From: the human T2T-CHM13v2.0 reference genome, Homo sapiens
Assembly (NCBI RefSeq): GCF_009914755.1
Contig: NC_060925.1
Strand: one strand, 5' to 3'
Length of the DNA stretch: 64,000 bases
The notes under the pieces are model-generated. The model was given only the letters and a program-made list of their open reading frames with translations. It searched no databases and was not told the origin of the DNA. A program made the translations under genes and the position numbers. Shown piece by piece: positions 25,613 through 39,400 of the stretch; position 1 is the first letter of the stretch, and every line of letters begins with the position of its first letter.

Positions 25613-28600
25613 GTTAAACTCTGTGAGTTGAACGCACACATCACAAAGGAGTTTCTGAGAATCATTCTGTCTAGTCTTTATACGAAGATATTTCGTTTTC
25701 TACCATTGACCTCAAAGCGGCTGAAATCTCCACTTGCAAATTCCACAAAAAGAGTGTTTCAAGTCTGCTCTCTGTAAAGGATCGTTCAACTCTGTGAGTT
25801 GAATACACACAACACAAGGAAGTTACTGAGAATTATTCTGTCTAGCATAATATGAAGAAATCCCGTTTCCAACGAAGGCCTCAAAGAGGTCTGAATATCC
25901 ACTTGCAGACTTTACAAACAGAGTGTTTCCTAACTGCTCTATGAAAAGAAAAGTTAAACTCTGTGTGTTGAACGCACACATCACAAAGGAGTTTCTGAGA
26001 ATCATTCTGTCTAGTCTTTATAGGAAGATATTTCCTTTTCTACCATTGACCTCAAAGCGGCTGAAATCTCCACTTGCAAATTCCACAAAAAGAGTGTTTC
26101 AAGTCTGCTCTCTGTAAAGGATCGTTCAACTCTGTGAGTTGAATACACACAACACAAGGAAGTTACTGAGAATTCTTCTGTCTAGCAGAATATGAAGAAA
26201 TCCCGTTTCCAACGAAGGCTTCAAAGAGGTCTGAATATCCACTTGCAGACTTTAGAAACAGAGTGTTTCCTAACTGCTCTATGAAAAGAAAAGTTAAACT
26301 CTGTGAGTTGAACGCACACATCACAAAGGAGTTTCTGAGAATCATTCTGTCTAGTCTTTATACGAAGATATTTCCTTTTCTACCATTGACCTCAAAGCGG
26401 CTGAAATCTCCACTTGCAAATTCCACAAAAAGAGTGTTTCAAGACTGCTCTCTGTAAAGGATCGTTCATCTCTGTGAGTTGAATACACACAACACAAGGA
26501 AGTTACTGAGAATTATTCTGTCTAGCATAATATGAAGAATCACATTTCCAACGAAGGCCTCAAAGAGGTCTGAATATCCACTTGCAGACTTTACAAACAG
26601 AGTGTTTCCTAACTGCTCTATGAAAAGAAAAGTTAAACTCTGTGAGTTGAACGCACACATCACAAAGGAGTTTCTGAGAATCATTCTGTCTAGTCTTTAT
26701 ACGAAGATATTTCCTTTTCTACCATTGACCTCAAAGCGGCTGAAATCTCCACTTGCAAATTCCACAAAAAGAGTGTTTCAAGTCTGTTCTGTGTAAAGGA
26801 TCGTTCAACTCTGTGAGTTGAATACACACAACACAAGGAAGTTACTGAGAATTCTTCTGTCTAGCAGAATATGAAGAAATACCGTTTCCAACCAAGACCT
26901 CAAGGAGGTCTGAATATCCACTTGCAGACTTTAGAGAGTGTTTCCTAACTGCTCTATAAAAAGAAAGGTTAAACTCTGTGAGTTGAACGCACACATCACA
27001 AAGGAGTTTCTGAGAATCATTCTGTCTAGTCTTTATACGAAGATATTTCCTTTTCTACCATTGACCTCAAAGCGGCTGAAATCTCCACTTGCAAATTCCA
27101 CAAAAAGAGTGTTTCAAGTCTGCTCTGTGTAAAGGATCGTTCAACTCTGTGAGTTGAATACACACAACACAAGGAAGTTACTGAGAATTCTTCTGTCTAG
27201 CAGAATATGAAGAAATCCCGTTTCCAACGAAGGCCACAAGATGTCAGAATATCCACTTACAGACTTTACAAACAGTGTGTTTCCTAACTGCTCTATGAAC
27301 GGAAAGGTTAAACTCTGTGAGTTGAACGAACACATCACAACGCAGTTTGTGGGAATGATTCTGTCTAGTTTTGAAACGAAGATATTTCCTTTTCTGCCAT
27401 TGACCTTAAAGCGCTTGAAATCTACACTTGCAAATTGCACAAATAGAGTGTTTCAAATCTGCTCTGTCTAAGGGAACGTTCAACTCTGTGAGTTGAATGC
27501 ACACAACACAAGGAAGTTACTGGGAATTCTTCTGTCTAGCCTTACATGAAAAAAACCCGTTTCCAACGAAGGCCTCTAAGTGGTCAAAATATCCACGTGC
27601 AGACTTTACAAACAGAGTGTTTCCAAACCGCTGAATGAAAAGAAAAGTTAAACTCTGAGAGTTGAACGCACACATCACGCAGCAGTTTCTGAGAATGATT
27701 CTGTCTAGTTTTTATAGGAAGATATTTCCTTTTCTGCCTTTGGCCCCAAAGCGCTTGAAATCTCCATTTGCAAATTCCACAAAAACAGTGTTTCAAATCT
27801 GCTCTCTCTAAATGAAAGTTCAACTCTGTCAGTTGAATACACACAACACAAGGAAGTTACTGAGAATTCTTCTGTCTAGCATAATATGAAGAAATCCCGT
27901 TTCAAACGAAGGCCTCAAAGGGGTCTGAATATCCACTTGCAGACGTTATAAACAGAGTGTTTACTAACTGCTCTATGAAAAGAAAGGTTAAACTCTGTGA
28001 GTTGAACACACACATCACAAAGGAGTTTCTGAGAATCATTCTGTCTAGTTTTTCTATGAAGATATTTCCTTTTCTACTATTGACCTCAAAGCGGCTGAAA
28101 TCTCCACTTGCAAATTCCACAAAAAGAGTGTTTCAAGTCTGCTCTGTGTAAAGGATCGTTCAACTCTGCGAGTTCAATACACACAACACAAGGAAGTTAC
28201 TGAGAATTCTTCTGTCTAGCAGAATATGAAGAAATCCCGTTTCCAACGAAGGCCTCAAAGAGGTCTGAATATCCACTTGCAGACTTTACAAACAGAGTGT
28301 TTCCTAACTGCTCTATGAAAAGAAAGGTTAAACTCTGTGAGTTGAACGCACACATCACAAAGGAGTTTCTGAGAATCATTCTGTCTAGTTTCTATAGGAA
28401 GATATTTCCTATTCTATCATTGACCTCAAAGCGGCTGAAATCTCCACTTGCAAATTCCACAAAAAGAGTGTTTCAAGTCTGCACTCTGTAAAGGATCGTT
28501 CAACTCTGTGAGTTGAATACACACAACACAAGGAAGTTACTGAGAATTATTCTGTCTAGCATAATATGAAGAAATCCCGTTTCCAACGAAGGCCTCAAAG

Positions 28601-31600
28601 AGGTCTGAATATCCACTTGCAGACTTTACAAACAGAGTGTTTCCTAACTGCTCTATGAAAAGAAAAGTTAAACTCTGTGTGTTGAACGCACACATCACAA
28701 AGGAGTTTCTGAGAATCATTCTGTCTAGTCTTTATACGAAGATATTTCCTTTTCTACCATTGACCTCAAAGCGGCTGAAATCTCCACTTGCAAATTCCAC
28801 AAAAAGAGTGTTTCAAGTCTGCTCTCTGTAAAGGATCGTTCAACTCTGTGAGTTGAATACACACAACACAAGGAAGTTACTGAGAATTCTTCTGTCTAGC
28901 AGAATATGAAGAAATCCCGTTTCCAACGAAGGCGTCAAAGAGGTCTGAATATCCACTTGCAGACTTTACAAACAGAGTGTTTCCTAACTGCTCTATGAAA
29001 AGAAAAGTTAAACTCTGTGAGTTGAACGCACACATCACAAAGGAGTTTCTGAGAATCATTCTGTCTAGTCTTTATACGAAGATATTTCGTTTTCTACCAT
29101 TGACCTCAAAGCGGCTGAAATCTCCACTTGCAAATTCCACAAAAAGAGTGTTTCAAGTCTGCTCTCTGTAAAGGATCGTTCAACTCTGTGAGTTGAATAC
29201 ACACAACACAAGGAAGTTACTGAGAATTATTCTGTCTAGCATAATATGAAGAAATCCCGTTTCCAACGAAGGCCTCAAAGAGGTCTGAATATCCACTTGC
29301 AGACTTTACAAACAGAGTGTTTCCTAACTGCTCTATGAAAAGAAAAGTTAAACTCTGTGTGTTGAACGCACACATCACAAAGGAGTTTCTGAGAATCATT
29401 CTGTCTAGTCTTTATAGGAAGATATTTCCTTTTCTACCATTGACCTCAAAGCGGCTGAAATCTCCACTTGCAAATTCCACAAAAAGTGTGTTTCAAGTCT
29501 GCTCTCTGTAAAGGATCGTTCAACTCTGTGAGTTGAATACACACAACACAAGGAAGTTACTGAGAATTCTTCTGTCTAGCAGAATATGAAGAAATCCCGT
29601 TTCCAACGAAGGCGTCAAAGAGGTCTGAATATCCACTTGCAGACCTTAGAAACAGAGTGTTTCCTAACTGCTCTATGAAAAGAAAAGTTAAACTCTGTGA
29701 GTTGAACGCACACATCACAAAGGAGTTTCTGAGAATCATTCTGTCTAGTCTTTATACGAAGATATTTCCTTTTCTACCATTGACCTCAAAGCGGCTGAAA
29801 TCTCCACTTGCAAATTCCACAAAAAGAGTGTTTCAAGTCTGCTCTCTGTAAAGGATCGTTCATCTCTGTGAGTTGAATACACACAACACAAGGAAGTTAC
29901 TGAGAATTATTCTGTCTAGCATAATATGAAGAATCACATTTCCAACGAAGGCCTCAAAGAGGTCTGAATATCCACTTGCAGACTTTACAAACAGAGTGTT
30001 TCCTAACTGCTCTATGAAAAGAAAAGTTAAACTCTGTGAGTTGAACGCACACATCACAAAGGAGTTTCTGAGAATCATTCTGTCTAGTCTTTATACGAAG
30101 ATATTTCCTTTTCTACCATTGACCTCAAAGCGGCTGAAATCTCCACTTGCAAATTCCACAAAAAGAGTGTTTCAAGTCTGTTCTGTGTAAAGGATCGTTC
30201 AACTCTGTGAGTTGAATACACACAACACAAGGAAGTTACTGAGAATTCTTCTGTCTAGCAGAATATGAAGAAATACCGTTTCCAACCAAGACCTCAAGGA
30301 GGTCTGAATATCCACTTGCAGACTTTAGAGAGTGTTTCCTAACTGCTCTATAAAAAGAAAGGTTAAACTCTGTGAGTTGAACGCACACATCACAAAGGAG
30401 TTTCTGAGAATCATTCTGTCTAGTCTTTATACGAAGATATTTCCTTTTCTACCATTGACCTCAAAGCGGCTGAAATCTCCACTTGCAAATTCCACAAAAA
30501 GAGTGTTTCAAGTCTGCTCTGTGTAAAGGATCGTTCAACTCTGTGAGTTGAATACACACAACACAAGGAAGTTACTGAGAATTCTTCTGTCTAGCAGAAT
30601 ATGAAGAAATCCCGTTTCCAACGAAGGCCACAAGATGTCAGAATATCCAGTTACAGACTTTACAAACAGTGTGTTTCCTAACTGCTCTATGAACGGAAAG
30701 GTTAAACTCTGTGAGTTGAACGAACACATCACAACGCAGTTTGTGGGAATGATTCTGTCTAGTTTTGAAACGAAGATATTTCCTTTTCTGCCATTGACCT
30801 TAAAGCGCTTGAAATCTACACTTGCAAATTGCACAAATAGAGTGTTTCAAATCTGCTCTGTCTAAGGGAACGTTCAACTCTGTGAGTTGAATGCACACAA
30901 CACAAGGAAGTTACTGGGAATTCTTCTGTCTAGCCTTACATGAAAAAAACCCGTTTCCAACGAAGGCCTCTAAGTGGTCAAAATATCCACGTGCAGACTT
31001 TACAAACAGAGTGTTTCCAAACCGCTGAATGAAAAGAAAAGTTAAACTCTGAGAGTTGAACGCACACATCACGCAGCAGTTTCTGAGAATGATTCTGTCT
31101 AGTTTTTATAGGAAGATATTTCCTTTTCTGCCTTTGGCCCCAAAGCGCTTGAAATCTCCATTTGCAAATTCCACAAAAACAGTGTTTCAAATCTGCTCTC
31201 TCTAAATGAAAGTTCAACTCTGTCAGTTGAATACACACAACACAAGGAAGTTACTGAGAATTCTTCTGTCTAGCATAATATGAAGAAATCCCGTTTCAAA
31301 CGAAGGCCTCAAAGGGGTCTGAATATCCACTTGCAGACGTTATAAACAGAGTGTTTACTAACTGCTCTATGAAAAGAAAGGTTAAACTCTGTGAGTTGAA
31401 CACACACATCACAAAGGAGTTTCTGAGAATCATTCTGTCTAGTTTTTCTACGAAGATATTTCCTTTTCTACTATTGACCTCAAAGCGGCTGAAATCTCCA
31501 CTTGCAAATTCCACAAAAAGAGTGTTTCAAGTCTGCTCTGTGTAAAGGATCGTTCAACTCTGCGAGTTCAATACACACAACACAAGGAAGTTACTGAGAA

Positions 31601-34600
31601 TTCTTCTGTCTAGCAGAATATGAAGAAATCCCGTTTCCAACGAAGGCCTCAAAGAGGTCTGAATATCCACTTGCAGACTTTACAAACAGAGTGTTTCCTA
31701 ACTGCTCTATGAAAAGAAAGGTTAAACTCTGTGAGTTGAACGCACACATCACAAAGGAGTTTCTGAGAATCATTCTGTCTAGTTTCTATAGGAAGATATT
31801 TCCTATTCTATCATTGACCTCAAAGCGGCTGAAATCTCCACTTGCAAATTCCACAAAAAGAGTGTTTCAAGTCTGCACTCTGTAAAGGATCGTTCAACTC
31901 TGTGAGTTGAATACACACAACACAAGGAAGTTACTGAGAATTATTCTGTCTAGCATAATATGAAGAAATCCCGTTTCCAACGAAGGCCTCAAAGAGGTCT
32001 GAATATCCACTTGCAGACTTTACAAACAGAGTGTTTCCTAACTGCTCTATGAAAAGAAAAGTTAAACTCTGTGTGTTGAACGCACACATCACAAAGGAGT
32101 TTCTGAGAATCATTCTGTCTAGTCTTTATACGAAGATATTTCCTTTTCTACCATTGACCTCAAAGCGGCTGAAATCTCCACTTGCAAATTCCACAAAAAG
32201 AGTGTTTCAAGTCTGCTCTCTGTAAAGGATCGTTCAACTCTGTGAGTTGAATACACACAACACAAGGAAGTTACTGAGAATTCTTCTGTCTAGCAGAATA
32301 TGAAGAAATCCCGTTTCCAACGAAGGCGTCAAAGAGGTCTGAATATCCACTTGCAGACTTTACAAACAGAGTGTTTCCTAACTGCTCTATGAAAAGAAAA
32401 GTTAAACTCTGTGAGTTGAACGCACACATCACAAAGGAGTTTCTGAGAATCATTCTGTCTAGTCTTTATACGAAGATATTTCGTTTTCTACCATTGACCT
32501 CAAAGCGGCTGAAATCTCCACTTGCAAATTCCACAAAAAGAGTGTTTCAAGTCTGCTCTCTGTAAAGGATCGTTCAACTCTGTGAGTTGAATACACACAA
32601 CACAAGGAAGTTACTGAGAATTATTCTGTCTAGCATAATATGAAGAAATCCCGTTTCCAACGAAGGCCTCAAAGAGGTCTGAATATCCACTTGCAGACTT
32701 TACAAACAGAGTGTTTCCTAACTGCTCTATGAAAAGAAAAGTTAAACTCTGTGTGTTGAACGCACACATCACAAAGGAGTTTCTGAGAATCATTCTGTCT
32801 AGTCTTTATAGGAAGATATTTCCTTTTCTACCATTGACCTCAAAGCGGCTGAAATCTCCACTTGCAAATTCCACAAAAAGAGTGTTTCAAGTCTGCTCTC
32901 TGTAAAGGATCGTTCAACTCTGTGAGTTGAATACACACAACACAAGGAAGTTACTGAGAATTCTTCTGTCTAGCAGAATATGAAGAAATCCCGTTTCCAA
33001 CGAAGGCGTCAAAGAGGTCTGAATATCCACTTGCAGACCTTAGAAACAGAGTGTTTCCTAACTGCTCTATGAAAAGAAAAGTTAAACTCTGTGAGTTGAA
33101 CGCACACATCACAAAGGAGTTTCTGAGAATCATTCTGTCTAGTCTTTATACGAAGATATTTCCTTTTCTACCATTGACCTCAAAGCGGCTGAAATCTCCA
33201 CTTGCAAATTCCACAAAAAGAGTGTTTCAAGTCTGCTCTCTGTAAAGGATCGTTCATCTCTGTGAGTTGAATACACACAACACAAGGAAGTTACTGAGAA
33301 TTATTCTGTCTAGCATAATATGAAGAATCACATTTCCAACGAAGGCCTCAAAGAGGTCTGAATATCCACTTGCAGACTTTACAAACAGAGTGTTTCCTAA
33401 CTGCTCTATGAAAAGAAAAGTTAAACTCTGTGAGTTGAACGCACACATCACAAAGGAGTTTCTGAGAATCATTCTGTCTAGTCTTTATACGAAGATATTT
33501 CCTTTTCTACCATTGACCTCAAAGCGGCTGAAATCTCCACTTGCAAATTCCACAAAAAGAGTGTTTCAAGTCTGTTCTGTGTAAAGGATCGTTCAACTCT
33601 GTGAGTTGAATACACACAACACAAGGAAGTTACTGAGAATTCTTCTGTCTAGCAGAATATGAAGAAATACCGTTTCCAACCAAGACCTCAAGGAGGTCTG
33701 AATATCCACTTGCAGACTTTAGAGAGTGTTTCCTAACTGCTCTATAAAAAGAAAGGTTAAACTCTGTGAGTTGAACGCACACATCACAAAGGAGTTTCTG
33801 AGAATCATTCTGTCTAGTCTTTATACGAAGATATTTCCTTTTCTACCATTGACCTCAAAGCGGCTGAAATCTCCACTTGCAAATTCCACAAAAAGAGTGT
33901 TTCAAGTCTGCTCTGTGTAAAGGATCGTTCAACTCTGTGAGTTGAATACACACAACACAAGGAAGTTACTGAGAATTCTTCTGTCTAGCAGAATATGAAG
34001 AAATCCCGTTTCCAACGAAGGCCACAAGATGTCAGAATATCCAGTTACAGACTTTACAAACAGTGTGTTTCCTAACTGCTCTATGAACGGAAAGGTTAAA
34101 CTCTGTGAGTTGAACGAACACATCACAACGCAGTTTGTGGGAATGATTCTGTCTAGTTTTGAAACGAAGATATTTCCTTTTCTGCCATTGACCTTAAAGC
34201 GCTTGAAATCTACACTTGCAAATTGCACAAATAGAGTGTTTCAAATCTGCTCTGTCTAAGGGAACGTTCAACTCTGTGAGTTGAATGCACACAACACAAG
34301 GAAGTTACTGGGAATTCTTCTGTCTAGCCTTACATGAAAAAAACCCGTTTCCAACGAAGGCCTCTAAGTGGTCAAAATATCCACGTGCAGACTTTACAAA
34401 CAGAGTGTTTCCAAACCGCTGAATGAAAAGAAAAGTTAAACTCTGAGAGTTGAACGCACACATCACGCAGCAGTTTCTGAGAATGATTCTGTCTAGTTTT
34501 TATAGGAAGATATTTCCTTTTCTGCCTTTGGCCCCAAAGCGCTTGAAATCTCCATTTGCAAATTCCACAAAAACAGTGTTTCAAATCTGCTCTCTCTAAA

Positions 34601-36120
34601 TGAAAGTTCAACTCTGTCAGTTGAATACACACAACACAAGGAAGTTACTGAGAATTCTTCTGTCTAGCATAATATGAAGAAATCCCGTTTCAAACGAAGG
34701 CCTCAAAGGGGTCTGAATATCCACTTGCAGACGTTATAAACAGAGTGTTTACTAACTGCTCTATGAAAAGAAAGGTTAAACTCTGTGAGTTGAACACACA
34801 CATCACAAAGGAGTTTCTGAGAATCATTCTGTCTAGTTTTTCTACGAAGATATTTCCTTTTCTACTATTGACCTCAAAGCGGCTGAAATCTCCACTTGCA
34901 AATTCCACAAAAAGAGTGTTTCAAGTCTGCTCTGTGTAAAGGATCGTTCAACTCTGCGAGTTCAATACACACAACACAAGGAAGTTACTGAGAATTCTTC
35001 TGTCTAGCAGAATATGAAGAAATCCCGTTTCCAACGAAGGCCTCAAAGAGGTCTGAATATCCACTTGCAGACTTTACAAACAGAGTGTTTCCTAACTGCT
35101 CTATGAAAAGAAAGGTTAAACTCTGTGAGTTGAACGCACACATCACAAAGGAGTTTCTGAGAATCATTCTGTCTAGTTTCTATAGGAAGATATTTCCTAT
35201 TCTATCATTGACCTCAAAGCGGCTGAAATCTCCACTTGCAAATTCCACAAAAAGAGTGTTTCAAGTCTGCACTCTGTAAAGGATCGTTCAACTCTGTGAG
35301 TTGAATACACACAACACAAGGAAGTTACTGAGAATTATTCTGTCTAGCATAATATGAAGAAATCCCGTTTCCAACGAAGGCCTCAAAGAGGTCTGAATAT
35401 CCACTTGCAGACTTTACAAACAGAGTGTTTCCTAACTGCTCTATGAAAAGAAAAGTTAAACTCTGTGTGTTGAACGCACACATCACAAAGGAGTTTCTGA
35501 GAATCATTCTGTCTAGTCTTTATACGAAGATATTTCCTTTTCTACCATTGACCTCAAAGCGGCTGAAATCTCCACTTGCAAATTCCACAAAAAGAGTGTT
35601 TCAAGTCTGCTCTCTGTAAAGGATCGTTCAACTCTGTGAGTTGAATACACACAACACAAGGAAGTTACTGAGAATTCTTCTGTCTAGCAGAATATGAAGA
35701 AATCCCGTTTCCAACGAAGGCGTCAAAGAGGTCTGAATATCCACTTGCAGACTTTACAAACAGAGTGTTTCCTAACTGCTCTATGAAAAGAAAAGTTAAA
35801 CTCTGTGAGTTGAACGCACACATCACAAAGGAGTTTCTGAGAATCATTCTGTCTAGTCTTTATACGAAGATATTTCGTTTTCTACCATTGACCTCAAAGC
35901 GGCTGAAATCTCCACTTGCAAATTCCACAAAAAGAGTGTTTCAAGTCTGCTCTCTGTAAAGGATCGTTCAACTCTGTGAGTTGAATACACACAACACAAG
36001 GAAGTTACTGAGAATTATTCTGTCTAGCATAATATGAAGAAATCCCGTTTCCAACGAAGGCCTCAAAGAGGTCTGAATATCCACTTGCAGACTTTACAAA
36101 CAGAGTGTTTCCTAACTGCT
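25613..36120 (-). repeat. About 3 tandem copies of a 3394-bp 20-mer HOR variant
   Basis: Anchors at 27241, 30635 and 34029. Private variants recur at exactly +3394 (26466/29860/33254; 27584/30978/34372; 25583/28977/32371/35765). Confidence 0.92.
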
Positions 36121-36439
36121 CAATGAAAAGAAAAGTTAAACTCTGTGAGTTGAACGCACACATCACAAAGGAGTTTCTGAGAATCATTCTGTCTAGTCTT
36201 TATACGAAGATATTTCCTTTTCTACCATTGACCTCAAAGCGGCTGAAATCTCCACTTGCAAATTCCACAAAAAGAGTGTTTCAAGTCTGCTCTGTGTAAA
36301 GGATCGTTCAACTCTGTGAGTTGAATACACACAACACAAGGAAGTTACTGAGAATTCTTCTGTCTAGCAGAATATAAAGAAATCCCGTTTCCAACGAAGA
36401 CCTCAAGGAGGTCTGAATATCCACTTGCAGTCTTTAGAG

Positions 36440-39400
36440 AGTGTTTCCTAACTGCTCTATGAAAAGAAAGGTTAAACTCTGTGAGTTGAACGCACACATC
36501 ACAAAGGAGTTTCTGAGAATCATTCTGTCTAGTCTTTATACGAAGATATTTCCTTTTCTACCATTGACCTCAAAGCGGCTGAAATCTCCACTTGCAAATT
36601 CCACAAAAAGAGTGTTTCAAGTCTGCTCTGTGTAAAGGATCGTTCAACTCTGTGAGTTGAATACACACAACACAAGGAAGTTACTGAGAATTCTTCTGTC
36701 TAGCAGAATATGAAGAAATCCCGTTTCCAACGAAGGCCACAAGATGTCAGAATATCCACTTACAGACTTTACAAACAGTGTGTTTCCTAACTGCTCTATG
36801 AACGGAAAGGTTAAACTCTGTGAGTTGAACGAACACATCACAACGCAGTTTGTGGGAATGATTCTGTCTAGTTTTGAAACGAAGATATTTCCTTTTCTGC
36901 CATTGACCTTAAAGCGCTTGACATCTACACTTGCAAATTGCACAAATAGAGTGTTTCAAATCTGCTCTGTCTAAGGGAACGTTCAACTCTGTGAGTTGAA
37001 TGCACACAACACAAGGAAGTTACTGGGAATTCTTCTGTCTAGCCTTACATGAAAAAAACCCGTTTCCAACGAAGGCCTCTAAGTGGTCAAAATATCCACG
37101 TGCAGACTTTACAAACAGAGTGTTTCCAAACCGCTGAATGAAAAGAAAAGTTAAACTCTGAGAGTTGAACGCACACATCACGCAGCAGTTTCTGAGAATG
37201 ATTCTGTCTAGTTTTTATACGAAGATATTTCCTTTTCTGCCTTTGGCCCCAAAGCGCTTGAAATCTCCACTTGCAAATTCCACAAAAACAGTGTTTCAAA
37301 TCTGCTCTCTCTAAATGAAAGTTCAACTCTGTCAGTTGAATACACACAACACAAGGAAGTTACTGAGAATTCTTCTGTCTAGCATAATATGAAGAAATCC
37401 CGTTTCCAACGAAGGCCTCAAAGGGGTCTGAATATCCACTTGCAGACTTTATAAACAGAGTGTTTACTAACTGCTCTATGAAAAGAAAAGTTAAACTCTG
37501 TGTGTTGAACGCACACATCACAAAGGAGTTTCTGAGAATCATTCTGTCTAGTCTTTATACGAAGATATTTCCTTTTCTACCATTGACCTCAAAGCGGCTG
37601 AAATCTCCACTTGCAAATTCCACAAAAAGAGTGTTTCAAGTCTGCTCTGTGTAAAGGATCGTTCAACTCTGTGAGTTGAATACACACAACACAAGGAAGT
37701 TACTGAGAATTCTTCTGTCTAGCAGAATATGAAGAAATCCCGTTTCCAACGAAGACCTCAAGGAGGTCTGAATATCCACTTGCAGACTTTAGAGAGTGTT
37801 TCCTAACTGCTCTATGAAAAGAAAGGTTAAACTCTGTGAGTTGAACGCACACATCACAAAGGAGTTTCTGAGAATCATTCTGTCTAGTCTTTATACGAAG
37901 ATATTTCCTTTTCTACCATTGACCTCAAAGCGGCTGAAATCTCCACTTGCAAATTCCACAAAAAGAGTGTTTCAAGTCTGCTCTGTGTAAAGGATCGTTC
38001 AACTCTGTGAGTTGAATACACACAACACAAGGAAGTTACTGAGAATTCTTCTGTCTAGCAGAATATGAAGAAATCCCGTTTCCAACGAAGGCCACAAGAT
38101 GTCAGAATATCCACTTACAGACTTTACAAACAGTGTGTTTCCTAACTGCTCTATGAACGGAAAGGTTAAACTCTGTGAGTTGAACGAACACATCACAACG
38201 CAGTTTGTGGGAATGATTCTGTCTAGTTTTGAAACGAAGATATTTCCTTTTCTGCCATTGACCTTAAAGCGCTTGAAATCTACACTTGCAAATTGCACAA
38301 ATAGAGTGTTTCAAATCTGCTCTGTCTAAGGGAACGTTCAACTCTGTGAGTTGAATGCACACAACACAAGGAAGTTACTGGGAATTCTTCTGTCTAGCCT
38401 TACATGAAAAAAACCCGTTTCCAACGAAGGCCTCTAAGTGGTCAAAATATCCACGTGCAGACTTTACAAACAGAGTGTTTCCAAACCGCTGAATGAAAAG
38501 AAAAGTTAAACTCTGAGAGTTGAACGCACACATCACGCAGCAGTTTCTGAGAATGATTCTGTCTAGTTTTTATACGAAGATATTTCCTTTTCTGCCTTTG
38601 GCCCCAAAGCGCTTGAAATCTCCACTTGCAAATTCCACAAAAACAGTGTTTCAAATCTGCTCTCTCTAAATGAAAGTTCAACTCTGTCAGTTGAATACAC
38701 ACAACACAAGGAAGTTACTGAGAATTCTTCTGTCTAGCATAATATGAAGAAATCCCGTTTCCAACGAAGGCCTCAAAGGGGTCTGAATATCCACTTGCAG
38801 ACTTTATAAACAGAGTGTTTACTAACTGCTCTATGAAAAGAAAAGTTAAACTCTGTGTGTTGAACGCACACATCACAAAGGAGTTTCTGAGAATCATTCT
38901 GTCTAGTCTTTATACGAAGATATTTCCTTTTCTACTATTGACCTCAAAGCGGCTGAAATCTCCACTTGCAAATTCCACAAAAACAGTGTTTCAAGTCTGC
39001 TCTGTGTAAAGGATCGTTCAACTCTGTGAGTTGAATACACACAACACAAGGAAGTTACTGAGAATTCTTCTGTCTAGCAGAATATGAAGAAATCCCGTTT
39101 CCAACGAAGACCTCAAGGAGGTCTGAATATCCACTTGCAGACTTTAGAGAGTGTTTCCTAACTGCTCTATGAAAAGAAAGGTTAAACTCTGTGAGTTGAA
39201 CGCACACATCACAAAGGAGTTTCTGAGAATCATTCTGTCTAGTCTTTATACGAAGATATTTCCTTTTCTACCATTGACCTCAAAGCGGCTGAAATCTCCA
39301 CTTGCAAATTCCACAAAAAGAGTGTTTCAAGTCTGCTCTGTGTAAAGGATCGTTCAACTCTGTGAGTTGAATACACACAACACAAGGAAGTTACTGAGAA

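Noticed and set aside
27895-27911. Apparent CENP-B box mutation tcccgtttcaaacgaag (also near 31289 and 34683), plus ccatcg near 4480 and ccagcg at 41807
   Set aside because: These changes fall in non-core positions of NTTCGNNNNANNCGGGN, so the boxes were counted as intact.
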